A stretch of 64,000 bases of DNA from Malacoraja senta (GCA_038087875.1 CM075994.1:10356001-10420000); one strand, 5' to 3'; positions 25,366 through 38,101 are shown, counted from the stretch's first letter. The notes: generated by a model not told the origin, from the letters alone. Program-made: numbers and translations.

Positions 25366-27010
25366 TATTAACAAATGGGGGGAATATGGGGGAACAATGG
25401 AGGGAATATATTAAACAAATCGCATGTTTGTAGAACTACAAAATAGCAGAATATGTTTTTTAAATTTGCAGCATGTCAAGTAGGTTCGTACAAATTTCAT
25501 ACACGCCACCTCGTGCATGTCAAGAAGTTCTGTTCGCTGCAGTGCCGCTTTCAACTAATGCCGAGCTGTCTAAATGTTTGCGCGGCGGAAGGTTCCAACC
25601 TGCTGGTAAAAAAACGGACACTGCGGAATCGGCCGATATATTAACCCATTGCCCGTGGGGATTGTGAATCTAGGGCAGGGAGAATGAACAGATTCCGATG
25701 CTGGAGGCCGGCATCGACGTGGGAGCAGTGGCGGTGACTGAGACACAATCCGGCATGACGAGAGAAACGAACAGGAGAGACCGCAAGAGCTACCTGGTTG
25801 TCTAACTTGAGTAATACATTGTGCTATTATTTGCATTGTTTTTCATCAACTTCACGAGTTAATACAATACTGTTCTTAATAAACAAAACTTAACCTTCTT
25901 ATTAAGGAATTAATGTAAGTAGGTGATCAATTTCTCAGGGTATAGATGTCGCTGCAAGATTGTATTTCAACTGTTTATTTCTTTCCAGCATTTGCGCTGA
26001 TTAACTGTATTTAAGGTGGGGGGGAATATTTAAAATTGTGTCCGTGGATTGTGCTACTGTTTACAATCAAGTCAAACTCCAGTACAATAGATAAGGAAAA
26101 GGGACAGATACAATGGGCAGCATATAGTTCTCAGCAATGCAGCGTCGAGTGGGTGACATTTCGGGGCGAGACCTTCTTCAGACTGAGAGTTAGGGGAAAG
26201 GGAAACGAGAGATATAGACGGTGATATAATGAGATGTAGAAATAAATGAGTGAAAGAGTCCGAAGAAGGGTCTCGACCCGAACGCCAGTCATTCCTTCTC
26301 TCCAGAGACGCTGCCTGTCCTGCTGAGATACTCCAGCGTTTTGTGACTGTCTTCGATTTAAACCAGCATCTGCAGTTCCTTCCTACATCATCAGGAGATT
26401 ATGTTGAATCGGTATAAAACACAGGTTTAGACCCAACTGGCGCATCAAGCCTATTTCTGGTCACCAAACTTAATGTATGAAGGGAGGGTCATCGGGACGG
26501 CGCAGGAGATATTCACTGGAATGGTTTCAAGGATGAAGAGGTTCGGGTCGAGGTTGAAGCCGGAGAAGCAGGTGCAGGTTCTCTGTGGAGAAGGGAATTT
26601 GAAAGCTTTCACAGAGGGTTCAAGCTCGGGTCCGGTGTGGAGGGGGAATGGGGGGGGGGGGTCTATCCCATCTGTGCGAAGTTCAAATGGGCACAGAATT
26701 GAGAGAGAGAATCAACAAGGGGAATATGGCTGGAAGTGCTGGCGTAACTCAGTGGGACAGGCAGCATCTCCGGAGGCAAGGAATGAATGACGTTTCGGGT
26801 AGAGACGGTCTCCAGCATTTTTTGCCTATCTAAGGGGAATAAGGCTTTTCAGTTAGTTTATTGGCACGTGTTTCGAGGTTAAGTGAAATAATTTTGTTGC
26901 GTGCTATCCAGTTAGCAGAAAGACAATACATGATTACAATCGAGCCACTTACAGTGTACAGATACTCGATGATGGAATAACGTTTAGTGCAAGGTTAAGC
27001 CAGCAAAGTC

Positions 27011-30000
27011 AATAGACAACAGACAATAGACAGTAGGTGCAGGAGTAGGCCATTTGGCCCCTCGAGCCAGCACCGCCATTCAATGTGATCATGGCTGATC
27101 ATCTCCAATCAGTACCCCGTTCCTGCCTTGTCCCCATATCCCCTGACTCCGCTATTTTTAAGAGCCCCATCTAGCTCTCTCTTGAAAGCATCCAGAGAAC
27201 CTGCCTCCACCGCCCTCTGAGGCAGAGAATTCCACAGACCCACCACTCTATGCGAGGAAAAAGTGTTTCCTCGTCTCCGTTCTAAATGGTTTACCCCCTT
27301 CTTCTTAAACTGTAGCCCCTGGTTCTGGATTCCCCAACATCGGGAACATGTTTCCTGCCTCCAGCGTGTCCAACCACTTAACAATCTTATATGTTTCAAT
27401 AAGATCCCCTCTCATTCTTCTAAACTCCAGAGTGTACAAGCCCAGCTGCTTCATTCTCTCAGCATATGCAATCCCGGGAATTAACCTTGTAAAGCTACTC
27501 TTCGGGTACACAAAAATGCTGGAGAAACTCAGCGGGTTACCTATTTCCTTCGCTCCATAGATGCTGCTGCACCCGCTGAGTTTCTCCAGCATTTTTGTGT
27601 ACCTTCGATTTTCCAGCATCTGCAGTTCCTTCTTTAACACTAAAGCTACTCTGCAATCCCTCAATAGCAAGAATGTCCTTCCTCAAATTAGGGGACCAAA
27701 GCTGCACACAATATTCCAGGTGTGGTCTCACTAGTGCTCTGTACAACTGCAGAAGGACCTCTTTGCTCCTATACTCAACTTCTCTTGTTATAAAGGCCAA
27801 CATGCCATTTGCTTTCTTCACTGCCTGCTGTACCTGCATGCTAACTTTCATAGACTGATGAACAAGGATCCCTAGATCCCGCTGTACGTCCCCTTTTCCC
27901 AACGACGCCATTTAGATAGTAATCTGCCTTCCCGTTTTTGCTACCAAAGTGGATAACCTCACATGTCTCCACATTAAACGGCATCTGCCATGCATCCGCC
28001 CATTCCCCCAACCTGTCCAAGTCACCCTGCATTCTCATAGCATCCTCCTCACAGTTCACTCTGCCACCCAGCTTTGTGTCATCTGCAAATTTGCTAATGT
28101 TACTTTGAATCCCTTCATCCAAATCATTGATCTATATTGTACATAGCTGCGGTCCCTGCACCGAGTCTTGCGGTACCACACTAGTCACTGCCTGCCATTC
28201 TGAAAGGGACCCGTTCATTTCCATCCATCCAGCACTCCACCCCCAATACCATGTGCCCTTATTTTCCCCACTAATCTCCTATGTGGGACCTTATCAAATG
28301 CTTTCTGAACGTCCAGGTACACTACATCCACTGGCTCTCCCTTGTCCATTTTCCTAGTTACATCTTCAAATAATTCCAGATGATTAGTCAAGCATGATTT
28401 CCCCTTCGTAAATCCATGCTGACTCGGACCGATCCTGTTACTGCTATCCAAATGTGCCGCTATTGCATCTTTTATAATTGACTTCAGCATCTTCCCCAAC
28501 ACCGATGTCCGGCTAACAGGTCTATAATTCCCCGTTTTCTCTCTCCCGCCTTTCTTAAAATGTGGGATAACATTAGCTACCCTCCAATCCACAGGAACTG
28601 ATCCTGAGTCTATAGAACATTGGAAAATTATCACCAATGCATCCACGAATTCTAGCCACTTCCTTAAGTACCATGCGATGCAGACCATCAGGCCCTGTGG
28701 ATTTATCAGCCTTCAGTCCCCTCGGTTTATCCAACTCCATTTCCTGCCTAATGTGGATTTCCTTCAGTTCCTCCGTCACCCCAGATCCTCTGGCCACTAC
28801 TATATCAGGAAGATTGTTTGTGTCCTCCTTAGTGAAGACAGATCCAAAGCACCTGTTTCAACTCATCTGCCATTTCCTTGTTCCCCATAATAAATTCACC
28901 TTTTTCGGTCTTCAAGGGTCCAACTTTGGTCTTAACTAATTTTTTCCTCTTCACATACCTAAAGAAGCTTTTACTATCCTGCTTTATATTCTTGGCTAGG
29001 TTACCTTCGTACCTCATCATTTCTCCCCGTATTGTCTTTTTGGTTATCTCCTGTTGTTCTTTACACATTACCCAATCCTCTTGCTTACCGCTGATCTTTG
29101 CTACATTGTACTTCTTCGCTTTAATTATTATACTGTCCCTGACGTCCCTTGCCAGCCATGGTCGCCCTTTTCTCCCCTTGGAACCTTCTTCCTCCTAGGA
29201 ATGAACTGATCCTGCACCTTCTGTATTATTCCTAGAAACACCTGCCATTTTTGTTCCACTGTCATCCCTGCTATTGTATCTTTCCAGTCAACCTTGGCCA
29301 GCTCCTCGCTCATGGCCCCTTTGTTCAACAGCAACACTGACACCTCCGATCTACTCTTCTCCCTCTCCAATTGTAGATTAAACCTGACCATGTTATGGTC
29401 ACTGCCTCCTAATGGCTCATTAACCTCGAGGTCCTTTATCAAATCTGGTTCATTACACAACACTAAATCCAGAATTCCCTTCTCCCTGGTAGGCTCCAAT
29501 ACAAGCTGTTCTAAGAATCCATCACGAAGGCACTCTACAAAGTCCCTTTCTTGGGGTCCAGTACCAACCTGATTTTCCCAGTCTACCTGCATGTTGAAAT
29601 CTCCCATAACAACCACAGCATTACTTTTACTACATGCCAATTTTAACTCCTGATTCAACATGCGCCCTATGTCCAGCCGATTGTTTGGGGGCCTGCAGAT
29701 AAGTCCCTTTGGGGTATTTTTACACTTACAATTCCTTAGTTCTATCCATACTGAAACCTCATCTCCTGTTTCTATGTCACCCCTTGCAAGGGACTGAATT
29801 TCATTCCTCACCAACAGGGCAACCCCACCCCCTCTGCCCACCTGCCTGTCTTTTCGATAGGAGGCATACCCTTGAAGTTTCCAGCCCTGGGAAGTTCCCA
29901 GCCCTGGTCCTCTTGCAGCCATGTCTCAGTAATTCCCACAACATCATACTTGCCAGTTTCTAACTGAGCTTCAAGCTCGTCCACTTTAATCCTTATACTT

Positions 30001-30335
30001 CGCGCATTCTTATACAATACTTTGACCTCCGAATTCACTTCACCCCTCGCAATTGGCCCTGACCCTACTCTGTTGTCCATTCTCAAGCTTTCCTTCCCAT
30101 TAATTCGAGATTCTTTTGTAATTTTTCCTGTAGCCACTTCCCCTACAATTCCATCATTATACTCCCAATTTGTCAACCCCCCCACACACACACTATTTAG
30201 TTTAAACCCACACGTGTAACCCTAGCAAACCTGCCTGCCAGAATGTCGGTCCCCCTCCAGTTAAGGTGTAACCCGTCCCTTTTGTACAGGTTACCCCTAC
30301 CCCTGAAGAGATCCCAGTGGTCTATAAATCTTAAT
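27011..30335 (-). mobile_element. CR1 LINE (end of ORF1, endonuclease, RT; frameshifted) upstream of TRIM-C
   Basis: ORFs with DGLHLN (ORF1 esterase end), NARSIRIKVDEL/GDFN (APE) and RT motifs. Absent at the homologous site upstream of B (~6403-6412). Confidence 0.93.
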
Positions 30336-30546
30336 CTAAAGTGGGAAATGTTGAGGTGGGAGTAGAGATTTAAGAGTGTGGGGCGATTGTAATATGTGTT
30401 TGTAGATCTGCATCGCACGCAAATAGACGCCTTGGTTGGGCGCCATCTCGGAAGCATTAGCGGCAAGAATGACCTGCAGGGGCGGAGGAAATGCTGCCAA
30501 TTGGGCTTTCGAATCTGAATGTTCCGTGTTCCACTCTCACTGATTC

Positions 30547-30880
30547 CACGGTGGCGCAGCGGTAGAGTTGCTGCCTTGCAGCGCTTGCAGCGCCAGAGAC
30601 CCGGGTTCGACCCCGACTACGGGTGCTGTCTGTACGGAGTTTGTACGTTCTTGCCAAGACCGCGTGGGTTTTCTCCGAGATCTTCGGTTACATCCTACAC
30701 TCTAAAGACGTACAGGTATGTAGGTTAATTGGCTTGGTGGATGTGGAATTTGTTCCTAATGTGTGCAGGAGTGTTAATATGCGGGGTCACTGGTCGGTAC
30801 GCACTTCGCAGGTCGGTGCGGACTCGGTGGGCCGAAGGGCCTGGTTTCGCGCCATATCTCTAAAGTAAACTGAACTAAAA
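30547..30880 (+). mobile_element. tRNA-derived SINE (paralog of 6624-6955)
   Basis: Box A, box B and tail; same position in the duplicated unit. Confidence 0.85.
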
Positions 30881-31341
30881 TAAATTGATCAGCAGACAAA
30901 TTGAACCTTTGCAAACTGCAATAAATGTAAGGGGGCCATATAATATCCTTTAAACAATACACACAAACATAGATTGCCCCGAAGACTGCTGCATGAGAGA
31001 CAGATGCACTGTTGTGGATTAAAATAAGGGCGGAGGGAGGTCTCCGTCCATCCTGATCCCGGGCTGTGAACAGAGATGCGGGCGGCGGGTTCCACTGCCC
31101 AACAGGTGCAACGTCTCCTCAGGTTACACCCGAGGCTTACTTAGCGCCGGGCCGCGTCCCTTTCTGTCCTGCCTTAGTCTTTCTCGTCCATATTCAGGCT
31201 AGTTTAATGTCCAATCTACCCCTCCCTCGTGTGAGATGAGCTGGAAGCGGCCAGAACATCTTCACACTGAACAGTTGCAGCCAAATAGCATTCATTGCCC
31301 CGGACGGCAGCGGGTGCAGCGCCACGGTACTGTAGGGGTTG

Positions 31342-31643
31342 AATTTAATTTAGTTTAGATATACAGCGCGCAAACAGGCCCTTCGGCCCACTGGGTCCGC
31401 GCCGACCAGCGCTCCCCGGACAATAACACTATCATACACCAACTAGGGACATTTTTTACATTTACCAAGCCTTTTCTTTTACATTTACCAAGCCTCTGAA
31501 GCACCGAAGCGGAGAAAACCTGCGCAGATTAATTGGAGAACGTACAAACTCCGTACAGACCGAACCCGTAGTCAGGATCGAACCCGGGTCTCTGGGGCGC
31601 TGCATTCGCTGTAAGGCAGCAACTCTACCGCCGCGCCACCGTG
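31342..31643 (-). mobile_element. tRNA-derived SINE (paralog of 7412-7691)
   Basis: Reverse complement of the SINE; same position upstream of the TRIM ATG. Confidence 0.83.
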
Positions 31644-31719
31644 ACGGTCACATGACCGCCGATGTTCAGGAGCTCCACGTCAGTGAAAATACTTTGAACC
31701 AGGAATTGGTGGATTTAAA

Positions 31720-32127
31720 ATGGCTTCGAAAGACCCGGTCGAGAGTTTAACCGAGGAGGCAGTTTGTCCCATCTGCCTGGAATTCTTCACCGATCCGGTT
31801 ATACTGGAGTGTGGGCACAACTTCTGCCGCTCCTGTATCACACAGAGCTGGGACAGGCAGGCCAGAAACTCCTGCCCGGCATGTAGAAAGTATGTGGACC
31901 GCACCCTCAGGGTGAATCGGGCCTTGGTGAGACTGGCTGAGAAAGCTCGAGCACTGAGCCTGAATCTCAAAGAGAAGAAAAGTAAACTTCACTGCGAGAA
32001 ACATCAGGAAGAACTGAAGCTGTTTTGTGAAACGGACAAGAAACTGATCTGTGTGATTTGTGCAACTGGGCGGGAACACAAGTCTCACAGCTTCATGCCG
32101 GTAGATGAAGCAATTGAATTCTACAAG
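31720..32127 (+). CDS. TRIM-C exon 1: RING and B-box2 (408 nt, intact)
   Basis: [39 protein letters not shown]...CPAC...[32 protein letters not shown]. Donor AAG|GTAAAA. Confidence 0.95.
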
Positions 32128-32217
32128 GTAAAACCAAATGAACTTCGATCGCATCATTGTGTAATCTGTTCTTAATTGTCTGACATTTTTATTCTCTGAT
32201 CTGAAACCCAACCCCAG

Positions 32218-32313
32218 GAACAGGCGAAATCTTCTTTCGAATCTCTCACAGAAAATAAATCAGAGATCGAGAAAATGGAGCAGAAACAGAAAGAGAGCAT
32301 TTCTGGAGTTCTG
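32218..32313 (+). CDS. TRIM-C exon 2 (96 nt)
   Basis: CAG|GAACAG...GTTCTG|GTGAG; homologous to B exon 2. Confidence 0.9.
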
Positions 32314-33190
32314 GTGAGGCTTTGTACTATCGATTTTATTATTTTGTGTAGATTTGATGTGATGCGTGTAATAATGGGCACCTGTATACAGCTCAGTAGT
32401 CGAGGACCCGAGATCTTGGGAGCGGTTGGGCAATCAAGGACTTTACTCCCTGGAGCGCAGCAGTCTGAAGAATGATCTATTGCAGGTGTATAATATCACG
32501 AAACGAACTGTTAAGGTGAATACCTTTACCCTGAGTTGGGCGTCGAACATGTTAGGGCATAGGTTTAAGGCGAGAGGGATCAGATTTAATACGAACATTA
32601 AGGGCAACTCTGATAGTGGGTATATGGAACGCGCTGCCTGGGGAGGTAGTTGATTCAGGTACCATAACGATATTTAAAAGATATTTGAACAAATTCGTGG
32701 AGAGAACATTTTAGAACTATCTGGGCCAAATGCGGACAGGTGGAAATAGTGCAGATGGGGCGTCTTGGTCGGTATCTAACACCCCTTGCTGTATGACTCT
32801 ATGAAGTCTATCATTCTAAGTGGTGATGCTGTCTGCTAGTTCTGGTGACCTGGTTCGTCCAGTGAGTGTTAATGGACGCATGAAATGGAATAGGTTGCAG
32901 GGAATTGTACTGGGGAAATGGGAATGATGTGATTGTACATAACTTTCACCAAATATTTCAGAATTATCAAGACGAGCCCTTGAATTGGCAAGTTAATGAA
33001 AGCAACGGATTGAATACATGTAAATAGAATTAGTGTAGATACATACAGAGCCCAGCATGGACATGTTGGGCCGAATGGCATATTTCTGCACTCCAGAACA
33101 AGAAATTAATTAGCTAAATGTCACCTTCCATGTCATGAGGAAACACAGCAGAGTGACACAATATATTGATTCTCATCTTTCACCTGACAG

Positions 33191-33422
33191 GAAGAGTCAC
33201 ACAACCTTCAGTCACAGACCACATCCCAGTTTGCTGAACTGCACCAGATTCTCAGAGAGAAAGAGCAGCGGTTACTCGGAGATATCCGGGAAGAAGAGGC
33301 GAATATTGTAAAAACAATGGAGACAAATCTTCGAGATTCAAGAGAATTTAAATTCCATTCAGGAGGAACTCTCAAAGTTACAGGAACAGATAGACTACAA
33401 GGACGGCGTGATATTTCTGAAG
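33191..33422 (+). CDS. TRIM-C exon 3 (232 nt, frameshift at ~33332)
   Basis: Homologous to B and D exon 3 with canonical splice sites; 2 nt missing. Confidence 0.88.
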
Positions 33423-33994
33423 GTGAGTGGATACACTACAATTTGGCGGTGAAAGTGCACAGTCACAAAATGGTGAGTTAAATTTCTGAAATAAATGCAG
33501 GATTTACCAGTAATTCAGTACTGGGTCAATGTTCCATCTGTTCCATCTACTCACCACATCCGACAATAATGCCCCAAATTCCAGGAATACTCGTGTATTT
33601 ATCCCACTTCAACTTCAATTTATCTGCAATATTTTCTTCAGGCAACCCTGTGAGTTCCACGTTCTGTTTACTGCATTTCTTGTGGAGTTTATTAAAAGCC
33701 GTCATACATTCCAGGCATTCTTCTCCCCGCAAGTAGTGATAATAGTTCCAACCCCCGCTCATTGAAATCCACCGCTGATCTTGATATATTCCATCCCATT
33801 ATCTCTGACATTCCTATGCTTTCCCCCGTGTCCGATGTCTCTGCGACAATATCCAATTTCTGTCTGTGGGAGAGCGGCAAAGAGTTGGGAAATGGGACTT
33901 ATCAGAGGGTTTTTTGTAGCAATTTGGTGAAATACCCGCCGTCGGGATCATGATCCATCTCAGTCTATTTAGATTTGTGTTTTATTTATTTCAG

Positions 33995-34017
33995 GAGCAA
34001 GCTGTTCGCAAGAGGAG
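33995..34017 (+). CDS. TRIM-C exon 4 (23 nt)
   Basis: TTTCAG|GAGCAAGCTGTTCGCAAGAGGAG|GTAGGA. Confidence 0.87.
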
Positions 34018-34114
34018 GTAGGACATGCTTTTGACTGAAACAATGTATGTTTTTATAGTACAGCTCAAAAAACAGCTCATGCTCAGTTTCCAACCAGCTG
34101 TTAAATATTTGCAG

Positions 34115-34233
34115 GGTTAGTGATGAAACCAAACCAATGTTGGTGGTAGATGGTGCGTTACCCATTGAAAAGTTTGATCTCACATTTTTCCACAACATGG
34201 CATTGAGAGAAACATCTGATATCATCAAACGAG
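34115..34233 (+). CDS. TRIM-C exon 5 (119 nt)
   Basis: TTGCAG|GGTTAG...AAACGAG|GTAAAA; VSDETKPMLVVDGALPIEKFDLTFFHNMALRETSDIIKR. Confidence 0.87.
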
Positions 34234-34641
34234 GTAAAACTCATACCTATTAACAACTCTTTGTGTGAAGAACACCTCGTCCTCCAGTATTGATATCCCT
34301 GCATGGCAATAAGGTTTCGATGATCTAGCCTATATCTTCTTGCAGACTGACAGACTTCCTCGCTATCCACATTTCCCATTCTCCACAAAAGTAATTTTCA
34401 CACCTCCTACATTCACATCTAAGCCACGAAAATAGAAAATAAACAGCAAATGTTGCAGCACCGATCTCTGCTGCACACCACCAGTCACAGACCTCCAAGC
34501 AGAACATCCTTCCACTGCTACCTTCCACCTCCAACCACCAAGACAATTTTGGATCAATTTTACCAACTCGTCTTGGCTTTCTGGACCAGCCTTTCATGCA
34601 AAACATTGTCACGTCCCCCAGTGAAGTTTATATAATGGTTC

Positions 34642-35100
34642 ACAATTAAGATGTGGATTATGGAGACCTTACATTTGGGAAAAATTAGATATGTCTTAAT
34701 TGACAAACCAGAATTATTTACTAAAATATAGTCTCCATTTATAGATTATCTGAAGGGGTAGACTGGGCCGGCGCGGAGACCTGACTGAAACCTGAACCCA
34801 GGTCTAGATGAATAGTTACGTCTTCTGACCTATAGACCGATCTCCTAGGTTGTATTATTGATAGTTTATCTTACTTTTCTAATTTCTTCTCTTTATTTCT
34901 TTATTTTTATTATCTATAAATATAAATAAATAATTAGAGGCAACGTTAATATGTAACCGATAAAGGAGGACCCCAGCTACTTTGGTAACTGGGTATCCGG
35001 AACCCTGGATACTTAATATGTAATCGTTATACAAAGTTTGTAATGGGCTGGACTATGATATGCAGATACCTCATAAAAAATTACAATACAAAAAAAAAAG
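34642..35100 (+). mobile_element. L1-like LINE 3' end with poly(A) tail in intron 5 of TRIM-C
   Basis: Short MWIMETLHL...PFIDYLK-type ORF2 tail, AT-rich UTR and an A-run at ~35089-35099. Absent from the homologous site in D (~52110-52125). Confidence 0.6.
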
Positions 35101-35611
35101 AATGTTATTGGTTGTAAAGACGCACAAATCTACCCTACTCTAAAGAAAGCAAGTAAACAGTGGCAGATTGCCTCTCCCGTCCAGTCCACTCTCGTTCAGT
35201 ATGATCACGTCAACTTCACCCCGCATCTCTACCTCCTCATTAACCACCTCTAATTACCTCTCCTCATCTGCCTCTCCCTCGCCATCTACTGGCAAGATAT
35301 TTAAATACCCGCCTTATTTCGCCATCCCCACCCGCAATATCTCGTTCATCCTCACTTTCCGCATTCGTTTTCCACGTCTGCACGCACCACCGACTCCCGT
35401 TCCCGATAACCCGCGGAATTCCCCCTCTCCTGCCCGGTTGAGGAAAGATGTCTGTTGACCATCCGATGTTGTTGGGGTGAAGGTGTCAGTTGTCCTCCCG
35501 CCTGTGCCTGAGGCCAAGCGGCTTCTCCCCCGGTCCCGGGACCGCGCTGCCCGAGTACCCCCCCCCCCCCCGACCCCCGGGGACTCTCTGATTCTCTGCT
35601 TCTCCCCCCAG

Positions 35612-36144
35612 TCTCCGTCACCCTGGATGTGGAAACAGCGCATCCAGAGCTCGAGGTGTCTGAGGATCGGAAGAGGGTGAGACGAACCGAGACCTGGAGG
35701 AATCCCCCTGACACCGGGAAGAGGTTTACATACTGGGAGTGTGTGCTGGGATCGGAGGGATTCACATCGGGGAGAAATTACTGGGAGGTGGAGGTGGCGG
35801 GGAGTCAGTGGTGGAGTCTGGGAGTCGCCGCAGAGTCTGTGGAGAGGAAAGGAGAGGACGACCTGACCCCGGAGACTGGAGTCTGGAGCATCGGGCGGCA
35901 GGATGACGTCTTTCATGCATTCACCTTCCCTCAATCCCCTCTCCCCGCCCATCCCATCCCCGGGAGGGTGGGAATTTATCTCAGTTACGAGTCCGGGACA
36001 GTTTCATTTTACGACGCGGACACCAAGTCCCATCTCCACACCTTCACTGGGAATAAATTCACGGACAAACTTTTTCCTTACTTCGAGACATGGGATGAAA
36101 ACCAGTGGCTGAGAATCTGCTCCGGTTCCGCTCCGGGTGTGTAA
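35612..36144 (+). CDS. TRIM-C exon 6: PRY-SPRY (B30.2) domain
   Basis: CCCCAG|TCTCCGTC; ORF 35629-36144 with YWEVEV and SFYD motifs; open to TAA. Confidence 0.95.
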
Positions 36145-36650
36145 CAGGGTCGGGTCCCGGGACCGGTGTCAGGAGCGGGGCTCAGGGGCTGTGGGGCAGA
36201 AACCCGGTGGACAACAGGTCGGCGCTGAAAGAACGGCTCCCATTTAATCCCCAAATTCCGCGTCGTGAAACCCCAGTGAGCGCGGAAATAAAACCAGGGG
36301 GAATGTAAATGTGGGAAGAGTGAAATAAACAGCAACTGAAATCAGAGCTGTCTGTCGATCCGTTCATTTTAACGCGTTAACCGCGTCCGGCAACGGAACA
36401 GAAATTACTTTTGTGAAAATATAAAGATTGAAACAATCGGCCTTCCCGCGGGTTCAGCAGCAGCCGCGGGCGGCGGGTCCTGAGCTCCGGGCTCCCCCGG
36501 GTCCTAAAGTCCGATAACTATTCTAATTAATATCGTGTTTGCAGCATTTGCTCTCCACACATCAGATTCGTTTTCTTCGGAACGGATCTTTGGAAGAATG
36601 GGTTCAAACTGAATTCCCGGTTCCGGGTGGGAACCCGTTGTGCTCAGGCT

Positions 36651-36970
36651 CTGGAAATGCTAAAGTTGCCTTCTCTTTGGAAATGCTAAAGTTGCCTTGG
36701 CTTTGGAAATGCTCAAGTTGCCTCGGGTTTGGAAAAAAGTTGCCTCGGGTTTGGAAATGCTAACGTTGCCTTTGGTCTGGAAATGCTAAAGTTGCCTGTG
36801 GTCTGGAAATGCTAAAGTTTCCTATTGTCTGGAAATGCTAAAGTTGCCTTTCGTCTGGAAATGCGAAAGTTGCCTTTGGTTTGGAAATACTAAAGTTGCC
36901 TTTGGTTCGGAAATGCTAAAGTTGCCTTGCCTAATTGAAATGTTGCTTTGCATAATTGAAAATTTGCCTT
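36651..36970. repeat. Minisatellite, ~26-bp unit (TGGAAATGCTAAAGTTGCCTTnGnT), about 12 copies
   Basis: Direct tandem repeats visible; degenerate toward the 3' side. Confidence 0.9.
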
Positions 36971-36973
36971 GCC

Positions 36974-38046
36974 GCTATATAATTAAAAGTCTAATCTTGA
37001 CCACTTCCTTTTTGATCTGTATATTGATTTTAGAAAAAAACGCTACCACGTACGGCTGTGAATTTTGGCCATCTTACTCAGAGTCCCCTCCGCTCATCAG
37101 GTGCCGAGGATTTTTCCCATCGATGAATAATAAGTTATTAGTGTTTTTAAAATGTTTAGATTCTCTCCTGTCAATCACGTCATGAAGGCCACGCCCCTTC
37201 TGGTGGGAGGGGGAGGGGCTATAGAACCCGGAAGTGTGGGCGTGGCTCAGTCTCTGCAAGATGGGAGAGGGAGAGGTCATACTCCCTGTCTTTAGTGGCC
37301 TTGCACCCTGCTTGAAATGGTATGAAACTGCAGTTGAATTTGGTGTCCTTGCAACCTGCTTGAAATGGTATGAAACCACTTGAATTTGGTGGCCTTGCAC
37401 CCTGCTTGAAATGGTAGGAAAATGCACTTGAATTTGGTGGCCTTGCACCCTGCTTGAAATGGTAGGAAACTGCACTTGAATTTGGTGGCCTTGCACCCTG
37501 CTTGAAATGGTATGAAACTGCACTTGAATTTGGTGGCCTTGCACCCTGCTTGAAGTGGTAGGAAACTGCACTTGAATTTGGTGGCCTTGCAACCTGCTTG
37601 AAGTGGCATGAAACTGGATTTGAATTTAGTGGCCTTGCACCTTGCTTGAAGAGGTATGAAACTGCACTTGAATTTGGTCGCCTTGCACCCTGCTTGAAAT
37701 GGTTGGAAACTACACTTGAATTTGGTGGCGTTGCACCCTGCTTGAAATGGAATTTCAAGGAATAGCCGTGAGTCAACTGCCAGCCCACCAGCCATGAGTG
37801 AGTGAGCTGCCTGCACAACAGGCTTGAGTGACTGAGCTGCCAGCCCAATAATCCATTCATCCCACAATGTCCATACTAGCCCCCTGGAAACCCGTCCCTT
37901 CAGCCCACAACACCCATACTTGCGCTCCAGAAAGCCTCCCCCACTGGCCACCAATATTGGAATTGGGGAGAGGTGGAATATTGCGTTTGGGGACCAGATG
38001 GAACTTGAAATTTGAAGCTGGAACCAACGGGTCCCACTTAGTCTAG
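36974..38046 (+). mobile_element. Non-autonomous Helitron with internal 48-bp minisatellite
   Basis: 5' (G)CTATATAATTAAAAGTC, 3' imperfect hairpin GGAACC-AAC-GGGTCC then CACTTAGTCTAG|T. Ends are homologous to 38102-39531. Confidence 0.8.
37295..37750. repeat. 48-bp minisatellite, ~9.5 copies, inside a Helitron
   Basis: Unit GTGGCCTTGCACCCTGCTTGAAATGGTATGAAACTGCACTTGAATTTG; explains the 16-aa periodic ORFs. Confidence 0.92.
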
Positions 38047-38101
38047 TATGTATATAAATATAAATATACACAATATATATATATATACACACAGACACAT
38101 A

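Larger units (their letters stand above)
31720..36144 (+). pseudogene. TRIM copy C: C-IV TRIM, six exons, 2-nt frameshift in exon 3 (pseudogene, truncated RBCC protein or assembly error)
   Basis: Exons 31720-32127, 32218-32313, 33191-33422, 33995-34017, 34115-34233 and 35612-36144. Exon 3 is 232 nt versus 234 in B and D (AATCTTCGAGATTC vs AATCTTCAAGAGATTC). Confidence 0.8.

Noticed and set aside
25430..25930. CpG-rich patch with an ACTACA motif and GTAAGT donor, possible distal promoter or first exon of TRIM-C
   Set aside because: No homologous segment upstream of B in this window and no transcript evidence; cannot be supported from sequence alone.
36651..36970. Conserved ~20-nt motif with short variable gaps, superficially CRISPR-like
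   Set aside because: Gaps are only ~5-6 nt and related to each other, there are no cas genes, and the context is eukaryotic. It is a minisatellite.
37074..38098. Long periodic ORFs (172-268 aa) on the minus strand
   Set aside because: They arise from the stop-free 48-bp repeat and are open in several frames at once.
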